Source: an uncultured Saprospiraceae bacterium
Lineage (GTDB): Bacteria; Bacteroidota; Bacteroidia; Chitinophagales; Saprospiraceae
Length of the DNA: 49,599 bases
Assembly: GCA_937139495.1 (NCBI GenBank)
Contig: CAKZQC010000009.1
Span: forward strand, 1 to 49,599
Direction: 5' to 3'
Below, piece by piece: positions 1 through 8,946 of this stretch (its first letter is position 1; every line of letters starts with the position of its first letter). The position numbers and the translations under genes were made by a program. Under the pieces are notes generated by a model that made no database searches, was not told where the DNA came from, and was given only the letters and a program-made list of their open reading frames with translations.

Positions 1-35
1 TTCATGAGCGAAGCGAACTGGGTGGCTTGATGCTT

Positions 36-140
36 GGCATCAACTGTAGAGGCTCTTTTATTCGCCCTAGACTTTGCCTTGATTTGCTAATCAAACAAAT
101 CTATCTCTTTACCTAAATGCAACTTCTACTTGCATAATCT
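36..140 (+). repeat. Copy A of a ~105-nt conserved intergenic element, upstream of sbcC
   Basis: ggcatcaa ... cttgatttgctaatcaaacaaatctatctctttacctaaatgcaacttctactt aligns with 35587-35690 with the same internal spacing. Confidence 0.6.
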
Positions 141-201
141 TTAGTATTAGATAGAAATTTGTAATTTGGTTGCACATTTTCCAATTCGCAACGCCATAGA
201 C

Positions 202-3200
202 ATGAAGATACTAAAAATTCAGTTTCAAAACCTCAATTCCCTACGAGGAGTACACGTTTTAGATTTCCGCAAAGCTCCCTTGCGAGATTGTGGTCTGTTT
301 GTGATTACGGGCAATACAGGAGCAGGCAAATCAACGATATTAGATGCGATTACTTTGGCATTATATGGTCAAGTGCCTCGCTATGATAGCACTACGGCAC
401 AAGAAATATTGACGCATGGCACCAATAGTTGTTATGCCGAGGTAGAATTTGAAACAAAGCAGGGGGTATTTTTGAGCAAATGGGCGTTTGGCAAAACTCG
501 TACAGGGAATCCCAAGCCGATAGAAAGAGAGGTCGCAAAAATAGACCCAACTAGCGAGCATCGCCAAATTTTGGCAACCAAAGTAAGAGAATGCAATGCT
601 AAAGTAGAAGAAATTTTGATGGGCTTAACGTTTAGCCGATTTACTCGGTCTATTATGTTGGCACAAGGCGATTTTGCGGCTTTTCTGAAAGCTACCGATG
701 AGCGGTCGAGTATCTTGGAGCGAGTGACGGACTCCGAAAAATATTCGGAAATATCGAAGGCGGCACACGAACGCCACAAGGAAGCTGCCGCTCAATTGCA
801 ACAGTTATTAGATCAGTCAGAAGCTATTCAATTATTGACGCTGGAGGACAAAGCAGCCCTGCAATTGGCATTGCAACAAAATCAAATACAACAAGAAGAA
901 GACAGTGCTACGTTGCATCAATTGCAACAGCAGTTGCAGCAATATGAACAGTGGCAAAAGCTAGAGGAACAAGCACAAGCGTCGCAATTAGAACTGGATA
1001 AATGGCAACTACAGCAAGCGACCACCGAAGAGGATAGAGTGCAGTTGGAACAGCACAAAAAGGCAGTAGTCTTTTTGCCTGCTCGGCAACAACTCAAAAC
1101 GGCTCAAAATCAATTGGAGACTGTACAGCAAAGTTTAGATAAGCTAGCGAAGCAACAAGCAGCATTGTCGCAGCAGCTACAAACAGGACAAACCAAACTC
1201 CAGACTGCCAACACGGCTTGGCAAAGTCAGCAAGAAGATTGGGCAGCTTTTGAAGCGATTCAGACGGAAGTGCTACAGTTGGATAATACGCTGGAACACC
1301 AGCAGCAACAGCAGAAAATAGCTCAAGAAAACAAGACAAAATTACAAAAAACGATAGACGAACAAGCGAGCTTGGAAACTACCACAGCGGCTCAGTTGCT
1401 GGATTTGGAAAAGCGAATAGTGGCAGCAAAAGAATGGCTGGACGCTCATCGTTCGTATGCCAAACTAGCGGAAGAAGAAACGGTGGCGGTGTTCAAAAAC
1501 ACCTATCAACAATGGCAACAAGGGAAGCAATTGCTGGTCAAGCAAAAGCAACAAAAAAAGACCATTAGCGACAAGCTAAAACAGACGATTTCGGAGCAAA
1601 AAAAACTAAAGGAGCAACAAGAAACACAACAAACAAAAATAACAAAGTTGGAAGAGGCTTACCAACAGATAGCGACAAAAAATGAGATAGATAGCACGAT
1701 AGAACAAGCGACCGTACTACTCCAAACGACTGCCCACAAACAGCGGCTACGAACAGAAATAGATGCACTCAAAATAGCTTTGGATTTGTACGAAAAACAA
1801 GCAGCTATTTATATAGAAATTGACGAACTAGAGGAGCAGCAATATAGCCAAGATAGACGATTGGAATTGTTGGATAATCAGGAAATGATGGCAACGGAAA
1901 TGGTGCAGACCTTACGACAGAAAAAGCAATATTATGAAATAGTACAACAGCAACAGCTCGAAAAAAGCAGCTTGAGTAGCCATCGTGGTTCGCTGCAAGA
2001 AGGGGAGGAGTGTCCGCTTTGTTTTGCTACGGAACACCCCTTTCGGGCAATCGCCAATATTGATATAGATACGATGCTTCAGCATGCTCAAAAAGATGTG
2101 CAGCAGGCGGACAAAAAATTGCAGCAAGCAGAAGAGCAATTCAAAAATACTTTGGTGGAACAGTTGGCGACCTTCAAGGAATTGCAACAGCTGCAAAAAA
2201 ACAAACAGCGTTTGGTGGATAATGGGCTAATATTGGAAGCGAAGTTGAGAGATAATGCCGCTGCTTTTGATGGTCAAATAAGAGCTATTTTGTTGGATAA
2301 AAATCAAGTGCAGCCACAGCTTTCGCAATTTCAGAACGACCAACAGCGATTGGAGGAATTGAGTGACCAATTGCAGCAACTTTTTTCGGATTGGAATGCC
2401 TTGCTGCAAGCACAAGAGTACACCCAAAAAGAATTGGCAAACAAGGAGCAATATCAAATAGAGCTGCAAGAGCAGCAGCAGACAATTCTGCAAGAGCTAG
2501 ACGACCAGATTACGGAAATAGCAGCCTTGGAGCAGCAATTGGAAGGAATTAAGCAAGATTTTGACCTAAAAGGGAGTTTTGAAGAGGTTATTGAGCGGTT
2601 GCAAACCATCAAAAAGAATTACCAAAAAGCGATTGATAAAGAAGTGTTGCTACAAAATCATAGAGAGAAATTGCTGCTGGAGCAGCAACATCAAACGAAG
2701 CAAAAAACAGCAACTTTAGCACAGCTAGAAGTAGCAACTGCCGCACTACAGAAAATAAATGCGGTTTTGGAGGAGTTGCAAAATAAACGGAAAGACTTGT
2801 TTGGGGAGCAGGTAGTAGCCACAGTTGCAGCCGAAAAAAAAGCACTGCTACAGCAACAAAAAGAGGAAGTATCACGCTACCAAAAGCAGCTAGAAGAACA
2901 ACAGCAGGAAGTAGCCGAATTGGTAGGGCAGCAAAAGCAGCAACAAGCCACCGCACAAGAATTGGAACATAAAATAGCAGAAGAAGAGCCTGTTTTGTTG
3001 AGCGAATTGGAGCAGGCTGGTTTTGATAATATAGCGGCTTGGGAAGAGCAGCTGCTAGAGGTTGCCACGGAAAAGATGCTGCAAGATAGACAGCAAGAAT
3101 TGACGCAGCGAATTGCTATTTTGATGGATAGAATCAAGCAAAATCGAGCGGAAAAAATGATGCTGGAATCTGATGGGCTTTTGGCTCAGACAGAAGCGGA

Positions 3201-3885
3201 AACCTTGCGAGAACAAAGGGAAGCCTTGCAGCAAAAAAGCCATCAGGTGTTAGAGTTGATTGGTAGTCAGAAGCAACAATTGGAGCAGAATGCTCAACAA
3301 GAGAAACAGCATCAATCGCTTTTGGAGGCGATAAGCATACGCAAAAAAGAAACACTCAAATGGCTCAAATTACGTCAAATTATTGGTTCGGAAAATGGTA
3401 AGAAATTTAGAGTATTTGCACAAAGCATTACGCTGCAACAATTGGTGCAATTGGCAAATAAACACTTGCGTAATTTCCTGAATGGTCGTTATTTTTTGCA
3501 AAAAAGACTGATTGGGACGAGTCGCAAAATAACGAGCGAATTGCTCGAAATAGATATTGTCGATACGTTTCAGGGTGGCAATAGTCGTTCGCTCAAAACG
3601 CTATCGGGGGGTGAGAGTTTTTTGGCGAGTTTGGCGTTGGCTCTTGGCTTGTCGGATATGTCTAGCCAGACGGCTTCTATCGAATCTTTGTTTATTGATG
3701 AGGGATTTGGTACGCTCGATGCGGATACACTGGTCGTGGCGGTTCATGCCTTGCAGTCGCTACAAGCGACGGGCAAAACGATTGGCGTTATTTCGCACAT
3801 TGAGCAGCTACGCAATAGCATTGATACGCAAATAAAAGTGATTAAGAAAGGCGGTGGTTTTTCTAGTATTGAGTTGATTGGGTAG
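202..3885 (+). CDS. sbcC: DNA double-strand-break repair ATPase SbcC (Rad50/SMC-like exonuclease subunit)
   Basis: N-terminus MKILKIQFQNLNSLRG matches the canonical SbcC start. Walker A GNTGAGKST. Very long Gln-rich coiled coil with a central zinc-hook CPLC. C-terminal ABC signature LSGGESF and Walker B LFIDEGFGTLD. The ORF track extends to a TTG at 166, but the ATG at 202 fits the family N-terminus. Confidence 0.9.
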   Translation: MKILKIQFQNLNSLRGVHVLDFRKAPLRDCGLFVITGNTGAGKSTILDAITLALYGQVPRYDSTTAQEILTHGTNSCYAEVEFETKQGVFLSKWAFGKTRTGNPKPIEREVAKIDPTSEHRQILATKVRECNAKVEEILMGLTFSRFTRSIMLAQGDFAAFLKATDERSSILERVTDSEKYSEISKAAHERHKEAAAQLQQLLDQSEAIQLLTLEDKAALQLALQQNQIQQEEDSATLHQLQQQLQQYEQWQKLEEQAQASQLELDKWQLQQATTEEDRVQLEQHKKAVVFLPARQQLKTAQNQLETVQQSLDKLAKQQAALSQQLQTGQTKLQTANTAWQSQQEDWAAFEAIQTEVLQLDNTLEHQQQQQKIAQENKTKLQKTIDEQASLETTTAAQLLDLEKRIVAAKEWLDAHRSYAKLAEEETVAVFKNTYQQWQQGKQLLVKQKQQKKTISDKLKQTISEQKKLKEQQETQQTKITKLEEAYQQIATKNEIDSTIEQATVLLQTTAHKQRLRTEIDALKIALDLYEKQAAIYIEIDELEEQQYSQDRRLELLDNQEMMATEMVQTLRQKKQYYEIVQQQQLEKSSLSSHRGSLQEGEECPLCFATEHPFRAIANIDIDTMLQHAQKDVQQADKKLQQAEEQFKNTLVEQLATFKELQQLQKNKQRLVDNGLILEAKLRDNAAAFDGQIRAILLDKNQVQPQLSQFQNDQQRLEELSDQLQQLFSDWNALLQAQEYTQKELANKEQYQIELQEQQQTILQELDDQITEIAALEQQLEGIKQDFDLKGSFEEVIERLQTIKKNYQKAIDKEVLLQNHREKLLLEQQHQTKQKTATLAQLEVATAALQKINAVLEELQNKRKDLFGEQVVATVAAEKKALLQQQKEEVSRYQKQLEEQQQEVAELVGQQKQQQATAQELEHKIAEEEPVLLSELEQAGFDNIAAWEEQLLEVATEKMLQDRQQELTQRIAILMDRIKQNRAEKMMLESDGLLAQTEAETLREQREALQQKSHQVLELIGSQKQQLEQNAQQEKQHQSLLEAISIRKKETLKWLKLRQIIGSENGKKFRVFAQSITLQQLVQLANKHLRNFLNGRYFLQKRLIGTSRKITSELLEIDIVDTFQGGNSRSLKTLSGGESFLASLALALGLSDMSSQTASIESLFIDEGFGTLDADTLVVAVHALQSLQATGKTIGVISHIEQLRNSIDTQIKVIKKGGGFSSIELIG

Positions 3886-4036
3886 GTGTTTTTTTAGATG
3901 GTTAGAAGTTAGAACGCTTTGCTGGTAGATTTTTAGATTTTTTTTGCCAATTATGAGTGTTGAGGTGGAAGTTGGAAGGTTTTATTTTAGTAGTAGCATT
4001 AACTTAATTTATGCACGGTTACTTATTGTACTGAGT

Positions 4037-4079
4037 ACAAAAAAAAGTGGTTAATGAATGTTGTATTCATTAACCACTT
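4037..4079. terminator. Rho-independent terminator for the minus-strand calpain-like gene (perfect 15-bp hairpin, T-run on minus strand); bidirectional with sbcC
   Basis: aagtggttaatgaat [gttgt] attcattaaccactt at 4045-4079, preceded on the plus strand by an A8 run, which is T8 after the hairpin on the minus strand. Confidence 0.8.
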
Positions 4080-4105
4080 TGCTTCAAATTAGGTGTCGTT
4101 TTTCT

Positions 4106-6076
4106 CTAAAAATCGACGACTACTCTAGAGAAGTAGAATTGTAAGCTATTGATGGGCATTTTTTTGATGTGATTCTTGCCATGTGGGTTAATTAGACTAA
4201 CGATACCATTACTAATAGAGTCCAATGCGTAGGCGTGTCCTGCTACAATGCGTTCTTCTCCATCATCTTTGCTGGTCATCATGATCAATTCGCCTGCATT
4301 TCCACGTAGGTTATTACCGTTTTCGTCCAAGGCGTAATTAGCAGCCATATTAGGTGGGGTAGCGAAAGTAACGCCTATTTTCTTTTCGGCGGCTTCCAAT
4401 ATCATCTTGATAGCGTGTTCGTTATTGTCCGAAAATTCAAAACTTCTTCGAGGAGTACCAGTGAGGACAGCGTAAGCTTCTTCCGAAAACCCTGCATCAA
4501 TTTCGTCGTATCCGCCCATGAGTTTAGCGAATGCTTTTTCGAGTATGAGCGGCCACATTTCGCCTTCATCTTGTGAGCGAGCATAGAGAGCGTTATCTTC
4601 CGTTTTGCTGAACCAAACATCACCTTCTACTACTACATCAACGGCTTCAAAACCGACGGTAGAAGATTTGATATTGTTGTGTAGTTCGTCCTTGCTTCGT
4701 ACATTGATAGGGCGGTACAGCTTGACGGTAAAGGTACCATCGCTGTTAGCGGTTATCATGTCTTTGATTTTTTGTGGTCCTCCTTTGGAGTTGGCTATTG
4801 CGGAAAGCGAACACATAAAATAACAGTTACCTAAGGCACCTTGTATAATATCATAAGGATCAATTCCAGAGGCATCTCTATCGTCTGCGCCTACTTTGAA
4901 TAGGTCGTCTTCTGTCACTTTTTTCTTGACAAACTGTCTGCCATCTTCATTCTTAACGAAGCGATCCATTTTTTGATAGATAGCGCCTAGTTTTGGGTCT
5001 TCGCCCGTAATGGTGTCCACTACATTATGATTGATGGTTGGTTTTGGATTGCTCAAGCGATTGGTGTGCTGTTCTGTAATTTTTACTTTAGTGATATTCT
5101 TTTGTATCGTATCAAATAGAGTTTTGGTTTGCTTCGCCCAATTGCTGGTCAATGACTCAAATTCTTGTTGAATAGAATCGTTGCTTTTGTCAAATTTGAA
5201 GTTGAAATTTTCGTATTGATTGAGGAAACTATAAACAGCATCATGTTCTGGCATTGTTAATACGACTAAGTCACCTCCTGCTTTGTTGTAGGCGGGGGTG
5301 AAGATACTATTGGCTTGATTATAGGCACTTGTAATAGTGTCTCTCAATTGGACGAGTCCATTTACTTGCGTATTGGAAGATTGTACTGGATTGGCTTCTA
5401 CCGAATTGGTGTCGATAACGGTGCTGTCGGTTGTGTTGGACTGCTCAGTAGTCGTATCCTGCCAAGTGGTATCTTCTGGGATAGTCGTCGTTGTGTCTTG
5501 CCAAGTGGTGGTGTCTTCTGGCGTTGTATTGGTGTCTGTTGTATCTTCCCAATTATTGGTGGGTTCTTCTTCGTCTGCTGTGATTTCTTCGTCTGCCATG
5601 ATTCCTGTGCGTTGAATAATCGCTTCAAAATTGGCGTGGTATTTTTTTACTCTTTGGTCGTATTCATTGGTGATTTGCCCAAAAATATCTTGTGTACTTT
5701 GTTGGCTAGATTGGAACGTGCTATCAAAGGTATAGTAGGCAGAGCGAAAAGCGTCCAGTATATCATATTGACTACGAGTCATGAAAATCATACCGCCACT
5801 AAGGTCTTTCGTCTTCAAAAATGCGTCGGCATTTTTGCGGATTGCTTCCATTTTTTTCATCAAGCTATCCAGTTTAGCGAAGTCATTGTCTTCACCTTCT
5901 TCTTGTGCATGTGCTTGCTTGACAGAGTCAATAAGAGATTCTCTCAAGGTATTGATTTGAGCTTTTTGTTCCGAAAACTTAGGGTCTTCGCTTACTTGGT
6001 TGCCTACTTTTTGGTAGGTTTTGTCCCATTTGTTGACCAATGCAATGAGTGTCTGCAATCGCTGTACTAAAATCAT
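4106..6076 (-). CDS. Calpain-like (peptidase C2 family) cysteine protease with N-terminal helical region and Thr/Asp-rich repeat linker
   Basis: C-terminal half contains DPYDIIQGALGNCYFMCSLSAIA, matching the calpain catalytic-Cys signature QGxLGDCW. There is no signal peptide. The middle region has TTWQDTTT repeats. Confidence 0.65.
   Translation of the reverse strand: MILVQRLQTLIALVNKWDKTYQKVGNQVSEDPKFSEQKAQINTLRESLIDSVKQAHAQEEGEDNDFAKLDSLMKKMEAIRKNADAFLKTKDLSGGMIFMTRSQYDILDAFRSAYYTFDSTFQSSQQSTQDIFGQITNEYDQRVKKYHANFEAIIQRTGIMADEEITADEEEPTNNWEDTTDTNTTPEDTTTWQDTTTTIPEDTTWQDTTTEQSNTTDSTVIDTNSVEANPVQSSNTQVNGLVQLRDTITSAYNQANSIFTPAYNKAGGDLVVLTMPEHDAVYSFLNQYENFNFKFDKSNDSIQQEFESLTSNWAKQTKTLFDTIQKNITKVKITEQHTNRLSNPKPTINHNVVDTITGEDPKLGAIYQKMDRFVKNEDGRQFVKKKVTEDDLFKVGADDRDASGIDPYDIIQGALGNCYFMCSLSAIANSKGGPQKIKDMITANSDGTFTVKLYRPINVRSKDELHNNIKSSTVGFEAVDVVVEGDVWFSKTEDNALYARSQDEGEMWPLILEKAFAKLMGGYDEIDAGFSEEAYAVLTGTPRRSFEFSDNNEHAIKMILEAAEKKIGVTFATPPNMAANYALDENGNNLRGNAGELIMMTSKDDGEERIVAGHAYALDSISNGIVSLINPHGKNHIKKMPINSLQFYFSRVVVDF
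5457..5573 (-). repeat. Three tandem ~39-nt coding repeats (PEDTTWQDTTTTI units) inside the calpain-like gene
   Basis: The units tcctgccaagtggtatcttctgg and tcttgccaagtggtggtgtcttctgg are directly visible in the sequence. Confidence 0.7.
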
Positions 6077-6387
6077 AATATGGTAATAAGATATAGTGTA
6101 ATATATTGATATTGAACCAATAAGAATAAAAGTTGTTTGGTTTTGAAATACAGATAAACTTACTACTTTTTTGATGAAAAAACAAACTATTTTTTGATTA
6201 TCCTGCTAAGAATAGCTTTCTGTAACAAAAATAGGAGTATCTATTATTAGGGCTATTTAGTGAATTAGTCAAGAGTAAGCAATAAAATATTAACCATAAG
6301 GTTAGATAATAAACAAAAGGCTTTTGCATATCCATTTTTTTGGTTAATATTAGGGAATCTCTAGGATAGAGACATTTTAAAAGGACT

Positions 6388-8202
6388 ATGAAATTGATTA
6401 CAGAAAATTATCAGGCACCCACTACCAAGTATTGCAAGACAAAAGAAATGTTTGATCAGGCAGTTGGGGAGGATTTTATTGTACATGCCAATAAAATAAC
6501 CTCAAGGGGCAAAAAATTCTTGGTGGGTTTAGCACATGGGCAATCGCCAGCAGGAGCTTACCAGTATATATTGGATCATTATGGCGAGATAAATAGCTCT
6601 AGCTTGCTGCGTTTTACGTTTGTCAATTCTCCACTCCAAAGCCAGCGAAATCTGGATTCTAGTATTATTGATGCAGGGGCGTTTCTCAAAAAAATGTTGC
6701 GTTTGGGCTTGATTAACAAAGACCAAATATTAGGTAGAAGTTTGAGTCGAGAAAATATTGAAGAATATGCCATTGGGTTCAATCAGAAGCTACACGAATA
6801 TTTAGAAGAGGAGAAAAAAACAGGCTTAGATTATATCTTTTTGGCGGCAGACCCAACAGGTAGAGTCGCTGGTATTGCTAGAGATTCTACGGCATTTGAT
6901 TCGACCGAAAAAGTGATATTGGTCAACGACTTGGGAGAGCCAGAAGTGACTGGAACACCGCACTTTATTTTGCAATCTAGGCGAATTGCTTTTTTGGCAA
7001 CTAAAGCAAACAAAAGGCGACCGCTGGCTTGGCTGTATTCCAGATGGGGCAGACCAGACCAAAGTCCCTCTTTTCTGAGGTTTGGGGACAATATTCATCA
7101 AAAAATGATGGTGTTTATAGATGACACCGCTCTGACTTGGCCACAAATTACGCTACAGCGAAAAACGCCTTATGGCTCGACTTATATTCGATTGGATTTG
7201 GCAGAAGATTTGGACGAAAGTCGCAAAACAAAACGCCCTGTCATTCTCTTTATTCATGGCTTTTTGGGACTCAATTCTTTTGATTCGTTACTGACGACTA
7301 TACCTGAAGATAAATACATATCGGTAGCCATGCACTATGGTTCTATTCCGCATGATTTGCCATTGGAGGAATACTCTAAACATGTGGCATTGAATATTGA
7401 TTTTGTAGTGCAGCATTTTGGAGAAAAAGGACACCCAGTGTATATTTTTGACCATTCGATGAGTAACATCTACTTCATGATATTGGAGCGAGATTTTGAC
7501 CAAATGAATGGCGTTAAGAAATATTTGCGTGGTCGTATTGGAGCCAATCCATTCTTTGGAGAAGAAGCCAAACACGCTATGACAGGGTTTTTGGATAATG
7601 TCGTATTGCCTGCCATCAAATTCTCTAAAGAGCCTAGAGATGTAATGATTGCGATGGCACTCCGTCGAGTAATTCCTTTCGATACCAAGAAAGGGGTACG
7701 CAAACGAGGTATTAATTTCTTGAAATTTTTAATCAAAAAAGATTCTTCGGCTAGAAACATACTTTGGGACGCTGTCAAGGAGCGAATCGTGACCTTGATG
7801 ACCAATATGGATTCGTTGCCTGAAGTCAATAAAATACCGATTGCTAGAGCATTGACACGACTGCCAGCCAAAGTGTTTGCGATACAGGTACAGTCGGCAC
7901 TCGAAGAGTCTTATACATTGGATTTGGCAACAGATTATCGCAATATGGAGCATCATCATATTCCGATTCTGATATTGCAAAGCAGGAAAGATGTAGTCGC
8001 TAAGTATGTAGCTAGAATGCACAAAGGCAAAAATATAACGGTGATAGATGTGACCAATGAAAAAGAACGCAAAGATTTATTTAGAGAACACCTTTTTCAC
8101 ATGATTTTCCCACTAGAAACGGTGGAGTATATCGAGCGTTTTATACAAAAAACAGAACGCAATTATAAGGCACGTATCAAGCAAGAAAAAAGCAAATCAT
8201 AA
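6388..8202 (+). CDS. Fusion protein: N-terminal 6-phosphogluconolactonase/glucosamine-6-P deaminase-like domain plus C-terminal alpha/beta-hydrolase domain
   Basis: N-terminal FLVGLAHGQSPAGAYQ and DYIFLAADPTGRVAGIARDS resemble the Pgl/NagB motifs LALSGGSTP and DLVLLGMGEDGHTASLFP. C-terminal RPVILFIHGFLGLNSF and IFDHSMSN resemble the hydrolase HGxxG oxyanion region and nucleophile elbow. A strong terminator follows the gene. Confidence 0.5.
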   Translation: MKLITENYQAPTTKYCKTKEMFDQAVGEDFIVHANKITSRGKKFLVGLAHGQSPAGAYQYILDHYGEINSSSLLRFTFVNSPLQSQRNLDSSIIDAGAFLKKMLRLGLINKDQILGRSLSRENIEEYAIGFNQKLHEYLEEEKKTGLDYIFLAADPTGRVAGIARDSTAFDSTEKVILVNDLGEPEVTGTPHFILQSRRIAFLATKANKRRPLAWLYSRWGRPDQSPSFLRFGDNIHQKMMVFIDDTALTWPQITLQRKTPYGSTYIRLDLAEDLDESRKTKRPVILFIHGFLGLNSFDSLLTTIPEDKYISVAMHYGSIPHDLPLEEYSKHVALNIDFVVQHFGEKGHPVYIFDHSMSNIYFMILERDFDQMNGVKKYLRGRIGANPFFGEEAKHAMTGFLDNVVLPAIKFSKEPRDVMIAMALRRVIPFDTKKGVRKRGINFLKFLIKKDSSARNILWDAVKERIVTLMTNMDSLPEVNKIPIARALTRLPAKVFAIQVQSALEESYTLDLATDYRNMEHHHIPILILQSRKDVVAKYVARMHKGKNITVIDVTNEKERKDLFREHLFHMIFPLETVEYIERFIQKTERNYKARIKQEKSKS

Positions 8203-8220
8203 TCATACTGATTTCTATAA

Positions 8221-8269
8221 AATAAGCCCCTACAAGAAAACTTCTTGTAGGGGCTTATTCATTTTTTTG
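8221..8269. terminator. Bidirectional intrinsic terminator (18-bp perfect stem plus T7) between the 6388-8202 gene and msrB
   Basis: aataagcccctacaagaa [aac] ttcttgtaggggcttatt followed by cattttttt. Confidence 0.85.
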
Positions 8270-8284
8270 CTATGAAATTAGTGG

Positions 8285-8845
8285 TTATTGATCTGCTCTA
8301 GCAGGCTCAAAACCTAATGAAATAGAATTGATGCAATAACGCAAACCTGTTGGTTCTGGACCGTCGTCAAAAATATGTCCGAGGTGACCATCGCATCTAG
8401 CACAAGTAACTTCTACACGTTTCATACCATAGCTGTTGTCCGTATATTCTTTGATATACTTGTCAGCAATAGGCTCATAGAAACTGGGCCAGCCTGTGCC
8501 TGATTTGAACTTGGTATCCGAATCAAATAAGGGCAATTGGCAAGCACCACAAGTGTAAACGCCTTTCTTTTTGTTGTCCCAATATTTGCCTGTGAAAGCT
8601 CTCTCTGTACCTTTTTCTCGTAGCACGTGATAGGCTTCTGGACTCAGCTGAGCTTTCCATTCTTCCTTCGTTTTGACGATAGGCGTTAGGTCAGATTTGT
8701 TGTATCCATTGGCAGGAGGGACTTCTAGTACTATCTCGCTGTCCTTGGCATCGACTGTGCTAGCAGCAGGCGAGGTGGAGGAGCGACAAGAAGTAACCAT
8801 TATGAGTAGCAAAAGGGGTAAGCAAATGGTTAATATATTTTTCAT
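8285..8845 (-). CDS. msrB: Peptide-methionine (R)-S-oxide reductase MsrB, lipoprotein/secreted form
   Basis: Lipoprotein-type signal ending TSC. Two CxxC pairs (CGACQ and [16 protein letters not shown]) and the RYCINS catalytic motif typical of MsrB/SelR. Confidence 0.9.
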   Translation of the reverse strand: MKNILTICLPLLLLIMVTSCRSSTSPAASTVDAKDSEIVLEVPPANGYNKSDLTPIVKTKEEWKAQLSPEAYHVLREKGTERAFTGKYWDNKKKGVYTCGACQLPLFDSDTKFKSGTGWPSFYEPIADKYIKEYTDNSYGMKRVEVTCARCDGHLGHIFDDGPEPTGLRYCINSISLGFEPARADQ

Positions 8846-8946
8846 CGGTAAGTTTTTTTTGTTTGTAAATCAGTAGCTAGATTATTGCTACACAAACGTT
8901 TAGAATACTGATGAAACAAAAAAAAGTGTGCTTTAGTTTTTGGCTC

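Noticed and set aside
166-201. N-terminal extension of sbcC from a TTG at 166
   Set aside because: The ATG at 202 gives the canonical SbcC N-terminus MKILKIQFQNLNS. The extension would run into the conserved upstream element.
800-3400. Dense CAG/CAA-rich periodic sequence that could look like a repeat array
   Set aside because: It is the Gln-rich coiled-coil coding region of sbcC. There are no direct repeats with unique spacers and no CRISPR-like periodicity.
5315-6070. 251-aa plus-strand ORF antisense to the calpain-like gene
   Set aside because: It lies completely inside a much longer gene on the other strand that has a clear family signature. Its composition (Cys/Val/Phe-rich) is typical of shadow ORFs opposite low-complexity coding DNA.
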